Origin: Sarea resinae
Lineage: Eukaryota
Assembly (NCBI GenBank): GCA_026026165.1
Contig: JAPEUD010000059.1
Span: forward strand, 62,001 to 126,000
Reading direction: 5' to 3'
Length of the DNA stretch: 64,000 nt
Part shown: piece by piece, positions 1 through 13,920 of the stretch
Numbering within the stretch: position 1 is the first letter of the stretch
How the letters are laid out: every line of letters begins with the position of its first letter
Program-made: the position numbers and the translations under genes
The notes under the pieces: generated by a model
What the model was told of the DNA's origin: nothing
The model's input: only the letters and a program-made list of their open reading frames with translations
Database searches by the model: none

Positions 1-1312
1 GAGACGCAGAGAATATGGACGGTCACTAACCACAAGGCTTGGCGAACGCCGCACTCCCTCAAAGGAGGAGCCGGGTCGAGGTAGACGTGATGTCGGTGTA
101 CTGTTCGGTCAACATCGCTCAAGCACCGACAGATGGAATACTCACAGCCAATGCTTTGTGCCAACCTGATGGTGATACCGAACAAGCCCCACGCGTCCAG
201 AAACTTTCCTCCATTTGTCAAGTACGGCCCTATCATGATCAAAGCCTGGATGCCGAGCAACGACGGCCTGTTTGTGAAAGACGCCAGTCGTAATGCTTGC
301 ATGGCTGCAGCAACTATTTTCGTTAGCAGGGCAGCTGCAAGATTCGAAAGCTTACTATAGACATCTCCCTTGCTCAGCTCGCTTTCCATGGCGCCTTGTA
401 CCCACTGACCTCCATTCCGGTCGAAAACCCCGTTCTGCAGTCCCAGCGCTAAAGCCGCGAAGATGAGGGCTAGCATGTCGGCATGCTTAAAGGCATTGCC
501 TTCTGTGTCCGAAAGGAATCTATCAATCTCCTTTGGCATGATCTCTTCGGGAACGTGAGGGAACGCGCAGGTTTGAGCGCGATTCTGGAAAGACTCGATC
601 AAAGAGAAGAGCTCATCCCTGGGAGGAAGGCATTGCACGAGGGCCGAAGTGCCGCCTTGGATGGACCACAGAGGAGCAAATGGATAGCAGGGAGCATCCT
701 GAAAGGTATAAATATCAACCCGCCGTGGTATCGAGTGAGCGATCGAAGAAGCTCTGGGTCCGACGTGAAGGTTGGCAAACTATCGACAGTTAACGTGGCC
801 TTCGGCGACGAGCGACAGACTCGCCTCGTTGATGACGCTGGCAAGACCAGGACTTCCAAAGTAGAGATTGTCAGAACGCTCTGGACCTTTGAACCTTCTC
901 TGGCGGGTGAAGGCCGGCTTGTTTGAGAGGTTGAACATGGCTTCCTCTTCGGATTCATCCAAGCGGTGCGCTCTCAACCATTCCTTGAGTCGATTGTTCT
1001 CAGACCGCAGTTTTCGAAGTTCGTAAGACTGTTGAATGGGAGCGTAATCGCTGCCATCACCGACGACAAAATGACAGTCTTTGGTTTGGCCACGAGCACA
1101 ACATGCCGAGCACGGTTTGGTTCGATCACACTGTGGGAGTGATAGGAGTTGGAAGAGTCAGTCCATGCACTCCACGTCTCAGGAGACCATACTTTGACTT
1201 TGCGTTCACGGCATTTGGTGCACGACAGAAGCTGGCGAGGTTGCTGCGGCTTTTTTGGGGCAGTCACGCTGACGTCTTCCAACGACGGCAAGCTAGAGCT
1301 GGGATCACCCAT
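1..1312 (-). CDS. Zn(II)2Cys6 transcription factor with fungal-specific TF domain, multi-exon, 3' end outside the window
   Basis: ATG at 1312 (MGDPSS...). After removing an intron at about 1131-1192 (GTATGG...CACAG), the zinc cluster reads SCTKCRERKVK|CDRTKPCSACCARGQTKDC. A coiled coil follows (ELRKLRSENNRLKE), then NLYFGSPGLASVINE|FANLHV and later AMQALRLASF...AWGLFGITIRLAQSIG, typical of the fungal TF middle-homology region. Confidence 0.88.
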
Positions 1313-1726
1313 CACGAAGGCTTAGTATGCAGCAGGCACGATTTGCAGACCAAATAATCCGAGCTACGACGGGTAATTATATATTTCGCTGAGGTCACTC
1401 TATGCAACGACGGGACCAAGAAATCAAGGCCAATGCGCCCGTGTTTGACAGTTTGGGGCAGAAAAAGTATGGCAAGAGATGCATGTGTCCCGATCCAGCA
1501 GTGTGGCTCATCGCACCCACTAGCTGGTTGTGTGAAGCCAGCCCGATGACGAGGCCGTGGAGAAAGACCTGTAACGACTTTCGGAGGGCGGCCTGATGAG
1601 ATGAGATCAATTGTGATATGTCTTGTGGCTTCGAGTGGCGGTTCCAGTCCCAGCGAGCCCATGTAATCATTTAGCGAAGGTGATCTTCCGGCCCGCCTTC
1701 CCGAAGCCAGGGCACCGTATCCTTCT

Positions 1727-4700
1727 CTATCCACCCAAGCTGGCTTCCCTTCCCGATGCCCTGGATGCCATGCCATGCTCAACCGGAAACGAGTCTCGAA
1801 CCGGGAACGACACTGCATCTCTGCTCAGCAACCGCACCGGCTCGACGTCAATGACCCTGGTATACGGGTTGATAGCGTGCAACTTGACCTGCCACCGATC
1901 CCCCACATCGACGCCAATCCCAACCGCCATTGGCGTCCGTATCATCGACACATTGATTGCTAACATTTTCAGATACCCCTCGGCCTTTTCAATGTGACTC
2001 AGCGACCCATCATTACGCACCAAGAACTCGAATGTGTCTGGTAGAGGTGCCTCCTTGAAGTAGAAAGCCCGAAAGAGAGCTTGACACACCCAATATTGTT
2101 CTGAAGCCGACTGCGCTCGTGACAGCATTTTTTCGCGTGCTTCAAGCTTGGTCGCATTCTCATCGAGCTGAGCCTTGGAGAACGGGAGCTCGGCTTCCTG
2201 GCGTAAGACGGCTTCAATTTGCCAATGTAGCACAAGATCCGTGTACCGTCTCAGAGGACTGGTGCACTTGGCGTAGACGTCGACTCCCAGAATCGCGTGC
2301 CGGAGAGGGGTTGTTAGTGCGACACCCCGAGAAAGCCTAAAGTAATCCAAAGCCACGCCGAGCGGCACCTCTTTTGAATGATCTAGAAGCGGTTGCAAGA
2401 CAGTCCTTTGGAATTCCGTTGGGTCCCGTCGATCCGGATGGTTGATCGTGCCTCGGTAGTAGACAGGGATCTTCTTCTCTGCGCACCATCTTCCCGCGAC
2501 TTCACAGGCCAAGTTCATCATATCCGCCACAAAAGTAGCCGAAGATGAATCTCTGATCTCAATAGTAGGGTCGCCTTCGAAGAAATTACCCCGGATATGG
2601 CTAGGTGGGCTGGTAGGCCAACCACCTAAAGACACCGAGACGCGAGAAGATGGAAACGAAAGGGTCAGACCACCTTTGGTGGACCGCAGCCGTCTCCTGG
2701 CCGCTGCTATCGCTTCCAACCTGTTCAAGTCCGTCAATTGGACCGCATCTAGCTCTTCTATCTGGTTCCCTTTTGACGGAATCTCGTCACCGACTTTGAG
2801 GCTTGTGGTAGTTTCCTCCGACCCCAATGCTCGTCTCAAGGTCGAATAGGTCAAAGAAATAACATTTCGGACAATACCTGGAGAGATCTTGTACTCTAAT
2901 ATTTCGCCATCGTCACTGAGCTTGGCACTAAAGGTGAGAGCTGGTCGATTTGGAGCAAGGCTAGCCTTTTCCGTAATCTTTGAAGGAAGCATTGGATAGT
3001 GTAACTCAGGCAAGTAGATCGTCTGGGTCATGTGTGCAGCGTATTTGGCAACTACTTCGTCGGGATCGAGAAAAGCGGAGGGGTTTGCGATATGGATATG
3101 GACCCACTGGCCTTCGACACTAATTCCATCATCAATCTCCCGGGCGCCGGCATCGTCTATACAATAGACTGGCAAATCACCCCAATCCTTACGAAGACCA
3201 TGCATGGCATCTTCATCATCGAATTCGGCCTTCTGCACCATCCTGTACATTTCATCTGGCTTGCGTGAAATTGCGTGCCCTGGAAGCCCAAGTTGAGGAT
3301 CGAAGAAGACACGGTTCTGCCAGGGAGATAGCACTCCCATCTCTTGAAGAAACATGTATCCAACTCCAACATCCAGGTTGATATCATCGTACATGCCAAC
3401 GGCTCGAAGGATCAAGGGACCTAATGCGCTGAGTGTTGCATGCCCAATAAATGCCCGAGAGCAACACCAAGTCTCCAAGAATTGGATAATTGATCGGTCA
3501 TCACGAGTAAAATGCAAGGAAGGAATGATTCTCCGGTCCGAAAGCTTCTGGGGACTCGGTCCAAGGCCCAATGGAGTCATCTCTCTCAATTCGCGGCTCT
3601 CTGATACCAATCGCCGGGCTTTGCTCGCAAAGATTGCGATAGGGCCAGAGACCTCGCCGAGTACAATCTGCTCCCGATACTCGCGAATCCATTCTCGGAC
3701 TGTGTTGACCAGGGCAAGTTCCTTCTTCGGCCGTATCCGGAACTCCCCACTCACGCGGTGATTGCGCAAATCGACGGAGAATCCATATTCATTGGCTCTT
3801 AAAGCTTTGTGGATTGCATACAAGGTCACTTTCGAAGGTAACGAGTCTCCAAGGAGCTTCTCGGAAATTTCATCTGCCGTTGCGAAGCGCGTTTCTTCCT
3901 CATCGGCCAAGTCGCGGTGGGCATTATCCAAGATAGTCGCATACCTCCGGTGTGTAGCTTCTGACTGGTCCCAGAACTCAAGCATCGCCTTCACCGCCAA
4001 ACGTCCTGCATCCCGAGGGACGCTGACCTCGACAGATTGGCTTTTATCTTGTAAAGCCTGGATTTTTTCCACGGGCATATGAGGTAAAATTGGGTCGGTC
4101 ATCCAATCGGGCGCGAAGCCTGGTATCGAAAAATAGATCCCTCCATTGGTCCGAGAAACCCAGCCTCCTTTCATGGTATAGAATTGGGATTGGTTTTCAA
4201 ATTCGCGTATATAGATGGCGAGGACGGGGCTCGAGCCATAACTAAATCGCATCAGCATGGTCTGACATATTTTGGCAGGGTTACATACGTTAATTCCACC
4301 AGATCTCCGCGTCTCAAGAAGAACTGGCTGGAGTCAATATTGGTTACCTCCCCATTCTCCATCAGTATGGAATCAAGCCCCGGCTCTGTGCTTTCATTGG
4401 TGATGGCATCTCGGTCAGTGGCACGTGTGACCATGTTCGGCGTCGAGCCTTGCGGTGCGAGATCGAGTGCAATGATCTCGTCCATGTCATCCTTGTGTTC
4501 CTCTTGCCATATCCTCAAAAGCTCGCGGATACTCACGCGGGGCTCAGCCCGCTTGACTGGCTCGACCGGAGGAGCATCATCCAGCTTTTTCGAAGCACGG
4601 GAAATGGGCTTTCTTTCTTTGCCCGCCGAGGCGGATCGTAGAGGACGTGAGCCTGTCGAGTCCCTTCTAGGCTTCTTGATGGTCCATTCTTTGCCAGCCC

Positions 4701-4866
4701 TAGCCTGAGCTCTGCTGGAACTCGCATCCACAGAGAACGGTCGTCTGATGCCGGCCGCATTCTGGATACGAGAACGGTGCGATGCTGTTTGCCATCTCAG
4801 AGCACATCGCCAACATATACTGGGCAAGCCGACCGAAGGACGAGCAAGGTGGCGTCGAGTAGACAT
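1727..4866 (-). CDS. cyt-4: Mitochondrial RNase II/RNB-family 3'-5' exoribonuclease (Cyt-4/Dss1 ortholog)
   Basis: Arg-rich, acid-poor N-terminus suggests a mitochondrial presequence (MSTRRHLARPSVGLPSICWRCALR). One intron (GTATGT...TTTAG, about 4243-4289) joins the 204-aa and 843-aa ORFs. RNB motifs are present: YCIDDAGAREIDDGIS, VHIHIANP, TIYLPE and TSPLRRYTDL. Confidence 0.88.
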
Positions 4867-5482
4867 GGCTACAGTGGGTACCTACTCAACTTGGTCGTAG
4901 AGATAGCTCCATTGACCTCGATGGGTTCAGATTTGCCTGAACAATTGAAGCTCCAGTGAACCTAAACAATTTACTCCGTAACTTCGTACTCTCGTCTCTC
5001 TCGCGTATCTCTGGCAGCCACCTCAGGGCAGAGCTCCGAGATCTTCACAATGCGTATCTTACAGCATGAGGGGGAAGTTTTCAGCATACTGCAATCCAGG
5101 GTCGTCATCACTCCGAAACGACGTACAGAGTACTTCGTACCTAAGGGATCTTGTCTGTCATGTATGAGCTGGAGTCTCCCAGGGCTATCACTGCAGGTGT
5201 CTGTGATTGAACTTTTTTGAACTTTTGTACGAACCCAAATACTACTGCGCAATATTCATCGTGGATGCAGATCAGAGCTCTCAGTGGAACGGCGGACGCG
5301 GACAGATTGCGTAGAACAGCCACTGACTGGTCGACATGGGGCGGGACAGGCTGCAGCCCCGGAGCCGAACAGGGAGAATTGGATAAGCTGGGCACATTGG
5401 GCCAAACAAACCTAACCATCCTGTGCCCACGATAACGGGCTCATCGTCTTCTTTTCCCATATCCAAATCGTCATATTTCATA

Positions 5483-7368
5483 ATGAGCGGTGCTAGTGAA
5501 GCCTCGCCAGTCGTTGGAGCTCTCGAATCAGCTGTCGTCTCCCGCAATGCGTCAAGCAAGTCTCAGGAAGTTGCCATGCCGCCTGCCATCGAACCTCTTG
5601 AGATGGTTGAAGGTGAGGTCTCGGGTGAGGGCGAAGAAGACATGGCCTACCCCACTGGCATCAAATTTGCGGTGATCATGACAGCATTGTGTCTTGTTCT
5701 ACTTCTTGTTGGCCTGGTGGGTTGCATCCCCATCCTCTGAAGCTGATCGATCCTAAAGCCCACCAGGATTTCAATATCATTGCGACGGCAATCCCCAAGA
5801 TTACCGATGACTTCAAGACCATTGCCGACATCGGTTGGTATAGTGCCGCAGTGTCAGTGTTTGGCTCCATGTCCTCTGGCCTGGTCTGATCTTCCTAGTC
5901 GATTACCGCTCTGCTCATTCCAATTCATGTTTGGCAAGATGTATTCGGTCTTCTCCGTCAAATGGGTCTTCTTGATCTCAGTTGCAATATATGAGATCGG
6001 GTCCTTGGTTTGTGGTCTGGCACCTACTTCCATCGCTTTCATCATTGCTCGTGCCATTTGTGGCTTTGGAGGAGCCGGAATCATCGCTGGAGTGTTCGTG
6101 TAAGTCTCGTCTTGTGCTCCGCTCACTCACTCGCTGTGCTCCCCACTCAATAATTGCTAGACTATCTAATTCGATTTCAGAGTTCTAACGCAGACCGTGC
6201 CGCTTCATCGCCGTCCCCTTTTTGGTGCCTTGGGAGGAACTATAGAGACCGCAGCTTCGATTGCGGCGCCTCTGCTGGGGGGAGTTCTGACCGACAAACT
6301 CTCGTGGAGATGGTGTTTCTTCATTAACCTTCCAACAGGATTCATCACGTTGGTGGTCATCGGCCTATTTTTTCAGGATCCGCAGATCAGCAGTCATCAA
6401 TCTCTACCTCTGAAGGAAAAGATAGGCAGACTGGATTTACCTGGAACAGTCATCTTCGTCCCTTCAATCACATGCTTGTTGCTGGCTCTTCAATGGGCTG
6501 GCACGACGTATGGATGGGCCAATGCCCGTATCATAGCTTTGCTTATAGTCTTCGGTGTCCTAGCCGGCGTCTTCGCATGGCATGAGTACCGCCAACAGGA
6601 TATGGCCACTCTGCCACCCCGGATTATCGGCAAACGAAGCATACTTGCTGGCATGTGGTTTTCCCTATGCACGAATTCGGCAATAAGTATAGTGGAGAAC
6701 TTTGTGAGCTTAACTCAATCTCACAAAGACGTCACTAACGTAATAAGATGCCTATATACTTTCAGACCGTCAAAGGCGCCTCCCCTTCAAAGTCAGGGGT
6801 CTTGGTCCTTCCGTGCGTCATTGGCTTTATAATTTCGATAATGCTTGCTGGCCCGGCCACATCTATCGTTGGATTTTATACACCCTTCATGATCGCAACA
6901 AGTTTACTCATGCCCATCGGTGCAGGATTATTGACCACCCTGAAAGTAGATGCCAATCTTGCCAGCTTGATATCTTATCAGGCTCTGGTCGGTTTCGGAG
7001 CTGGCTGGGGCCTCCAAGGACCGCAGCTTGCTGCTCAGACAATACTTTCCCAAAAGGATGCGCCGATGGGACTCGCCGTCGTGAACTTCGCTCAGAACTT
7101 TGGACCAGCGATTATGATTCCTGCGGCTCAGAACATCTTCACTACTCGATTGCAGAAACTTTCTCCAGGCTCGAATAGCACGTCACTCGATACTATGGGT
7201 CTGTCTGATCTGAAGGCTCACTACAACTCAAGTGTTCTCGGCGGTGTCCTAGCTGATTACGACAAGGCTATAGTACAGACATTATATCTTTCATTGGCAC
7301 TAACATTACTCACCTTGCTAGGGTCGTTGGGTATGGAGTGGACGTCTGTCAAGAAGAAGAAGGCATAA
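5483..7368 (+). CDS. MFS drug/toxin efflux transporter, 14-TMS DHA2 type
   Basis: Five exons join into motifs [20 protein letters not shown]...[51 protein letters not shown] and a C-terminal [11 protein letters not shown], typical of fungal DHA2 pumps. Confidence 0.9.
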
Positions 7369-8320
7369 GCCAAGGGACTGAGTCGGACTCAGGTGGAGAT
7401 CTGTATGAATCTAGGTGAATCTAGTGAATGATGAAGTCTTTCGTGTTTTCATAGATCCTTGTCATCTTTCCATGTGCGCAGATACTACAATATTGTTGAT
7501 CCACAGAGAGCGGATGCAAATGTCCTTCTCGAATATGCATGATCACAAATACCGCCATAGATGATCATATTACACCGGGCATAGGTTACAAGGCAATTCA
7601 AGACTAACAGCTGGATCACTACATCACTACATCACCACATGTCTCGAGGTCAAACTTGCAGATCGACCGCTCCTGTTCTATCAGGCGAGTTTCTCGGCGG
7701 CTACTGAGATCCAGCTCCAGCCCGAGTGTGCTGAACTCCATCGCATCTATAAACGAGTTGAAACCAAACATGGCTCGGCTGCGATTACAATGTGGTGATA
7801 TTTTTGCATCGTGCTCTGCTCGTTTCATGCTGCTAAGTGGCGCGCTTCGTGTGGCTGGTCCGTGCAGCGGTTACACGAAACATCCCAAACAAACTAAATG
7901 CCGGGGCACAGTCAGAGCCTCATCGCCCGGAAAACCAACCATTGGACCTTCATCGCTGTGTTGTAAGCACTCGTGAGACTGCTGTCTTGTTTGATCAATT
8001 CCGGGAGGACCCAATTTCGTCGGGATTCCAGCCTCGCGCGTAGAGTCATGGAGAGAGATGGAACTCCGTTTTACTATTAAACAGTCAAGAAGTCCGTGGA
8101 AAATGGAGTCAGCAAAGCACTTCCATCTCCAGCAACTTCCTCTACCATCAAGAACTTTCCTTTGATTTCCTTACGACGCTCATTCAGTCTCGATTCTTTC
8201 GAACGTTTCGATAACGCTCCTTGCTCGTTCGAAACCCTTGCATTCGTTCTTTATACCGACAGCTTTGCTGGTACAGCAGTCAGTCTTTCTTTCTCGCAAT
8301 TTTTCATCTCAGCTGTCAGT

Positions 8321-8960
8321 ATGCCTAGAGTATTTGCTGGATATGGCGGAGTGATGGGACTGGTGTTTTTGGGCGCCCGATTTGCCGCGGTTGTTTGCGA
8401 GATCGTCATTCTTGGCCTCACGGCACATTTCCTTCACGAGTATCTTGACGTATACGACACATCGGTCCCGAAGACCATCTGGCTGATTCTTATCATGGTA
8501 AGTCTTTCAGGTCGTGGTCGGGCTGAAATGAAGTCTGACGGTGCAGGACATTCTCACTCTGTTATGGTCGATCTACACGGTCCTCATCTCGCTGAAGACT
8601 TTACCCGGACACCTGGTCTGGATCTTGTGCATCGAGCTCTTCTTCGGCTTCTTTGCTGGCGAGATCGGGGCTAGCCTAATCGGCCCGATGAATGGCGTGT
8701 CATGCCATGCGGGGAAGTTGGGAGGGATTTCGGGCTGGCTTCCGGATAAGAACCATCTCAAGGCCAATTGCTACGAGATGCAGGCCGTCTGGGGCATGGA
8801 ATGGACGCTCGCGTAAGTTTCCTCGCCGTACTTTGTGCGTACGCATCTCATCTTACCCTTTGCTGATCCTCGCAGGGGACTCTTTGGGCTTTCGGCCATG
8901 AGCATGTTCGCGGCGATCGATGCGCGCATGCACAACAAGGGAGATATGATCCCCGAATAG
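8321..8960 (+). CDS. Small four-transmembrane protein, MARVEL-like topology, function unknown
   Basis: ATG 8321, with two GT-AG introns (about 8498-8547 and 8813-8875) carrying branch points. The spliced product has four hydrophobic segments and a Cys pair in the loop before TM4 (GVSC...KANCYEMQAVW). It ends GDMIPE* at 8960. Confidence 0.65.
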
Positions 8961-9205
8961 AGCGGTAGCGTACGAAGGACGGAATTCTCCTGACAGTGCG
9001 TTGTCGACGCGGGATGGAGAGCAGATTGTGTGGCTGAGATCCAATGGCGCAACATGGGGGGATCTGCCTGCGACGGATATAATGCGGATAAAGTGGTGGT
9101 GGGACTTGCCGATTCAACGTTGATCTCTCATTTGGTTTTAGACTTTGCTTTCAGGGAGTCGGTAGATCTTTTTCTCGAACGATGATAATACAATACATGG
9201 CGTTG

Positions 9206-9283
9206 ATCATCATCATCATCATCGTCATCATCATCCTCCTCCTCCTCCTCCTCCTCCTCCTCCTCCTCCTCCTCCTCCTCCTC
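9206..9283. repeat. Compound microsatellite (ATC)n-(CTC)n
   Basis: Directly visible trinucleotide runs. Confidence 0.95.
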
Positions 9284-10155
9284 AGTGGACGATCCAGAAG
9301 GCGAATAGAGATGCATCCATGTTTTACGGACGGAACAGACTTTTCCATTCCGCCTGCAACTGCTAATCCGTGCCGAAGTGCATTATTATCCAGTGATGGG
9401 CCAGCTTCAAACCTGCCTAGGTTTACAGTATACTCCCTAAAATTTCAAAGTTGGGTCTGTGTACTAGAGTACAGAACCGATTGGCGGAGCGATGGGCACG
9501 GAACACGGAACGGGAGACGGGAGAGGGGTGGAGGGAGGGTCGCTCCGCAGCTAAAGTAGATACTGTGTACTTTGTACGTGGGATACCTGCCATCAGTTGA
9601 TCTTGGGGATGATCATTACTCTGGAGAGGCCTGAAGCTCAACCCGGAGAGGGATTAATTTGTTTAGATGAGCGAGAGTAGTCGAGTAGTCGTGTCGAACG
9701 CCAAAGGGTTGCGGAGAGGAGGCAAGGGATTAAATTGGAAAAGGTGAGGCGATGATACTACCCTGTAAATCATGATGGAGATTCGTCCGTCGTACTTCTA
9801 CATAGGACTCTCCTTTGTACCATAGTGAAGTGCTCACAGCCCATACGATCCGGCAAGGCGGTGAAGTCGTCACACTGCAGACCTCCCGGGCTACCTTACC
9901 TCCCTCTCAGTACGTACTATGAGTAGTTGGTCCCGTAGGTAGTAGGTAGGTAGGTAGGTAAGCAGACCCGAGAGATGGATGGATCAATGCATGGGCAATT
10001 TGACATTTGCCGTCTTGCTGACTCTGCTTACCAGCCCCATGGTTCTCCGTGGGAGGTTTCTGCGGCGGAGGGCGACCCGGGCGCAAGTCTGGGCGGTTCG
10101 GTTAATCCCGTCGGAAAGGATGAGCTTCCAGGCTGATGCAGCCCGCCCTGGGACA

Positions 10156-10187
10156 AGGAGGAGGAGGAGGAGGAGGAGGAGGAGGAG
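10156..10187. repeat. (AGG)n microsatellite
   Basis: Directly visible. Confidence 0.95.
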
Positions 10188-11022
10188 AGGGAGAGGCGGG
10201 AAAGCGAGCGGGGGAGACGCCAGTTGAGAAGAGGACGGGGTCGAGTTCGACAGAGTCAGTGGAGGTATATCGTGTCGTGTGGTGTCGTATCAAATCGTAT
10301 CATTTCGTATCACTGCGTATCACTGCGTATCATTTCATCTCTTCCACACGGCTCCAGTACTGGCAGAGTACGCCGGACGCAGTAGATCCAATACGACGAG
10401 CGACAGTACTACATTGTTTAGTTCACGGCCGAGTGTCACCACCTTCTTTGCTGACCGTCACTTGCCCGTCACTTGCCCATCACTTGCCCATCACTGACTT
10501 GCTTTAGTCCGCCTTGGCTCTCCGCTCTAGTCGACATAGCTTCCAGCCTCCCGCTCTAAATCCTCGCCCACATACCACGCTCCAACGCCTTCCTTCGTTC
10601 GTGATCGAGCTCTACCGGAGTAGTGCTCTCCGCCCATCAATCAGAGGCAACGAGGCGGTCGAAACCAGTCCCAGCCTGCATCGACCCCGTTGAAATACCA
10701 CGTCCAGCTGCACCGCACATGCACACACACACACACACCCACACCCACTACGCACATATGCACTCGACGCCCTCGCGCACACTCTTGAGGTCAATTGGGT
10801 CCAGTTGATGCATCCGTCTCCTGCTCATGCGCCGCTCGACCCATCCGTGCCCTGTCATCCCCTCGCCCCATAGCCTGTCATTGATGGCATTCCCGGCACC
10901 CCATAGATCCAAACGTGACCCCCAATTCCCAGTGATCTGCTACCTCCTTCCCGCGTCCATGTCCTCGGTGCCTCCGCATTCTTCTGTCTCGTGAAGATTC
11001 ACTTGGGCTTCCGTCGTTCCAA

Positions 11023-12333
11023 ATGTCCGTCAAGATGGCTCTGAGCATCGATACTATCCCTATCGTCAGTGTTTTGCCCGCCCCGATGGACCATCTCACT
11101 TTTCTTCTGACACCATCTCGCAGGATGACTCGTACTCGCTCGCCTCTTACGATACCGACGGAGCATCGTGAGTGCCTTGCCCTTGCTCATCTCGCAAAGC
11201 TGACGTGCTCAGAGACGACAGTCGATAGCCACGACCATCACCAAATATCGTTACGAGAATGGTCGCCGATATCATGCTTATCGTATGTATTGCCCGGCCC
11301 TCTCCTACGGAAGATGCTAAATGCTCAGGCGAGGGCCAGTACTGGGGTCCTAACGACGACAAGCAGACCAGAGGGGAGACCATTGCGTAGGCCACATGAG
11401 CCCTGAGGATTCGACGCACCGCTAACCATCCAGACATCATCTGTTCCTGTTGACGCTCAACGACCGACTATTCGCCGCTCCAATCGAAGATCCTCGCCTC
11501 GTTCTAGACGTCGGCACGGGTACGGGGATATGGGCTATGGACATTGGTGAACAATTTCCTGGTGCTGAAGTCATTGGTGGGTTATGATGTTGCTCTATTG
11601 GAGAGCCCCGACTGATGTCTCCAGGCACCGATCTCTCGCCCGTCCAATCGAACGTCGGCCCTCCCAATGTTCGCTTCGACATCGACGATTGCTGCAGTGC
11701 GTGGACATATCCCCCCAACAGCTTCGACTTTATCCACGTGCGGTCCATGCTGGGCAGCGTCGAAGACTGGACGACTTTCTACAAAGAATGCATGAGGTAA
11801 CTTTGCCCTCTTTCCTGTCTTGCTCTCCCTAACGAAGATAGTCACCTCAAACCGGGAGGGTATATCGAGCAGGCCGAATTTTCGGTCATCGCCAAATCCG
11901 ACGACGATACCCTTTCTCCCGGCAGCGCTCTCGATGAATGGGGCAAATTCTCCGTCCGAGCCGGCGAGATAAGCGGCCGGAGCTTCCAAGTTGGCGAGCA
12001 GATGCAGGACTGGATCAAAGAGGCTGGCTTTGTCGATGTGGTGGAGCAGCGGTACAAGTGGCCAATTGGGTCCTGGAGTAGCGATCCGAAGCTCAAGGAG
12101 CTCGGGCGATGGAATCTGGTTCATTGGGAGGAAGGCATGGAGGGCTGGATGATCGCGAATGCCACCAGGATATTCAAGGTAAGAGGCAGCACGGGTCCGC
12201 ACGAGGACAGCGCTGACTCGTCTAGTGGACGTATGAGGATTCCCAGGAATATCTGGCGAAAATGCGCGAGGCATTACGAAGTCGGAAATACCACGCATAT
12301 CATGAGGTGTAAGTTGCGACGATGCATTCCGTC

Positions 12334-12370
<37 letters not shown>

Positions 12371-12417
12371 GTGCTGACTCTTCCAGCGGGGTTGTCTATG
12401 CTCGCAAACCGTTATAG
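11023..12417 (+). CDS. LaeA-like (LLM/TAM-type) SAM-dependent methyltransferase, intron-rich
   Basis: Spliced motifs YRYENGRRYHAY, YWGPNDD, VLDVGTGTGIWA (SAM motif I), GTDLSP, PPNVRFDIDD, FDFIHVR, LKPGGYIEQAE, YKWPIGSW and terminal VVYARKPL*. The start (11023 or 11035) is uncertain. Confidence 0.9.
12334..12370. repeat. (GAT)n microsatellite inside the last intron of the methyltransferase
   Basis: The run lies between a GTAAGT donor and a GCTGAC branch point/CAG acceptor. Confidence 0.9.
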
Positions 12418-13777
12418 ATTTGATGCTTTTGGTGTTTTGGTGTCAGCGCTGTCGGTGTTGGTCCACCGTCGATTGGCGGCATGGACGGAGGCTTGAGTCC
12501 CATAAAGCAAAGTGTAGACAAGAAAGTCATTTGACGAGGATCATACTGTACTCGTAGAGCCGTAGAAGGGCTGCCCGGTCGTCATCAATGCCGTAGTGAT
12601 CGGCCGTCTATTCAGTTCCTGATCTATTTGTTGTGACCCGACCGATGCGTTGATCGATGTAGGCCAGCAAGAGTGAGGCGAGCACCTTGATGGCAGCGCG
12701 AGAGGATGATCACGACTTGATAAGAGCTTGGCCATCTGCCTCCTCCCATTCTCCTTTCTACCTCCTCTTTCTGCCTCCTGCCATGCTTTCAATGATTTTC
12801 TTTATTCTACGGATTTTCGGGTCCTGATCATCGATCTCCGGTCTCGTCTGCATGGGCACTCTGCAAGTCAGACGCACGGATCAAGATGCGATCTTGGTCG
12901 TTTGCCGGCCTGCTGCGGGGAAGCCGAGTGGGGTCCGTCATCTACGAAGTTGTACTTGGTACTGACAATTATTTGGAATTACAGTTTCGCCAGCGTCCGG
13001 AGTGGAGAGTCGAGAGTCGAGACAGCTATGAATGTACGGATGTCTGTGGCTGACGAGACGAGTCGTTGTGTACGGATTACTCTCTGCTCTACCCTCTACA
13101 GGACTGTCTCTTGCACTGGAAAGCACTGGAAGGCTTTCTAATGATGGCTTCGATCGAGAGACGGCGATTGAAGCTCGTGCGATCGCTGATGCTGCAATCT
13201 CACCACCAGCCTCCGTCTTGACCTTTCTGCACCCGACGGGAAAGACGAACTATTCGTGGTTGGTGCAGGGAAAGCTGGACCTGATCAAGCCTTTGATTTG
13301 CATCACATCGCATCACATCACGGCGCGGCACCGCTCATCCATGGAATCCATGGAATCCATGGAATGACTGTACCCTACTGCAGACGGGATACTCTGGAAG
13401 CACTGCTTACGGAATACTCCAGCCAGCCAGCTTCCACGGTGCAGTCGAGGAGGTATGCAGGCGATTCCATCGGCAAAGACGGCTCCTGGGCTCGAGCGAT
13501 GGAGCCGGCGGCAGCCATGGATGATCGCCCGTGCGAAACGAGCGGAACCGAAACAGCTAGTAATAGCTACGAGCTACGAGTTACGAGTTCCTATACGGAG
13601 CTACTCGACTCCAGCCAGCCCAGCCCACCAGTCCACACACTGGACCAGCTTGACGAGTGGAAACGTCATCGTCATAGCCATGGACCTTTCGGCGCAGGAT
13701 AGGGATGTTTTGTCAGAGGGAGAGGGGAGGGGCAGGGAGGGGCCAATCTACCCCGCTCGTTTGTTCTTCGAGGCACA

Positions 13778-13785
13778 TATATAAA
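13778..13785 (+). promoter_or_regulatory. Putative TATA box of the GFA-family gene
   Basis: TATATAAA lies about 135 bp upstream of ATG 13921 and is followed by a pyrimidine-rich stretch. Confidence 0.55.
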
Positions 13786-13920
13786 GCGGGACATTGAATC
13801 TCGCGATTCCATTCTTGATTCTCTCCTTAGCACCCATACTGCCAATCACTGTCAATTACTGTCAACTGCTGTCCACTACTGTCAATCACTGTCAATCCAT
13901 CATTATCAACAAACCACATC

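Noticed and set aside
9128..9559. Poly-Glu/Asp, poly-Arg and poly-Leu ORFs
   Set aside because: These are translations of the (ATC)n(CTC)n microsatellite, with no other coding signal.
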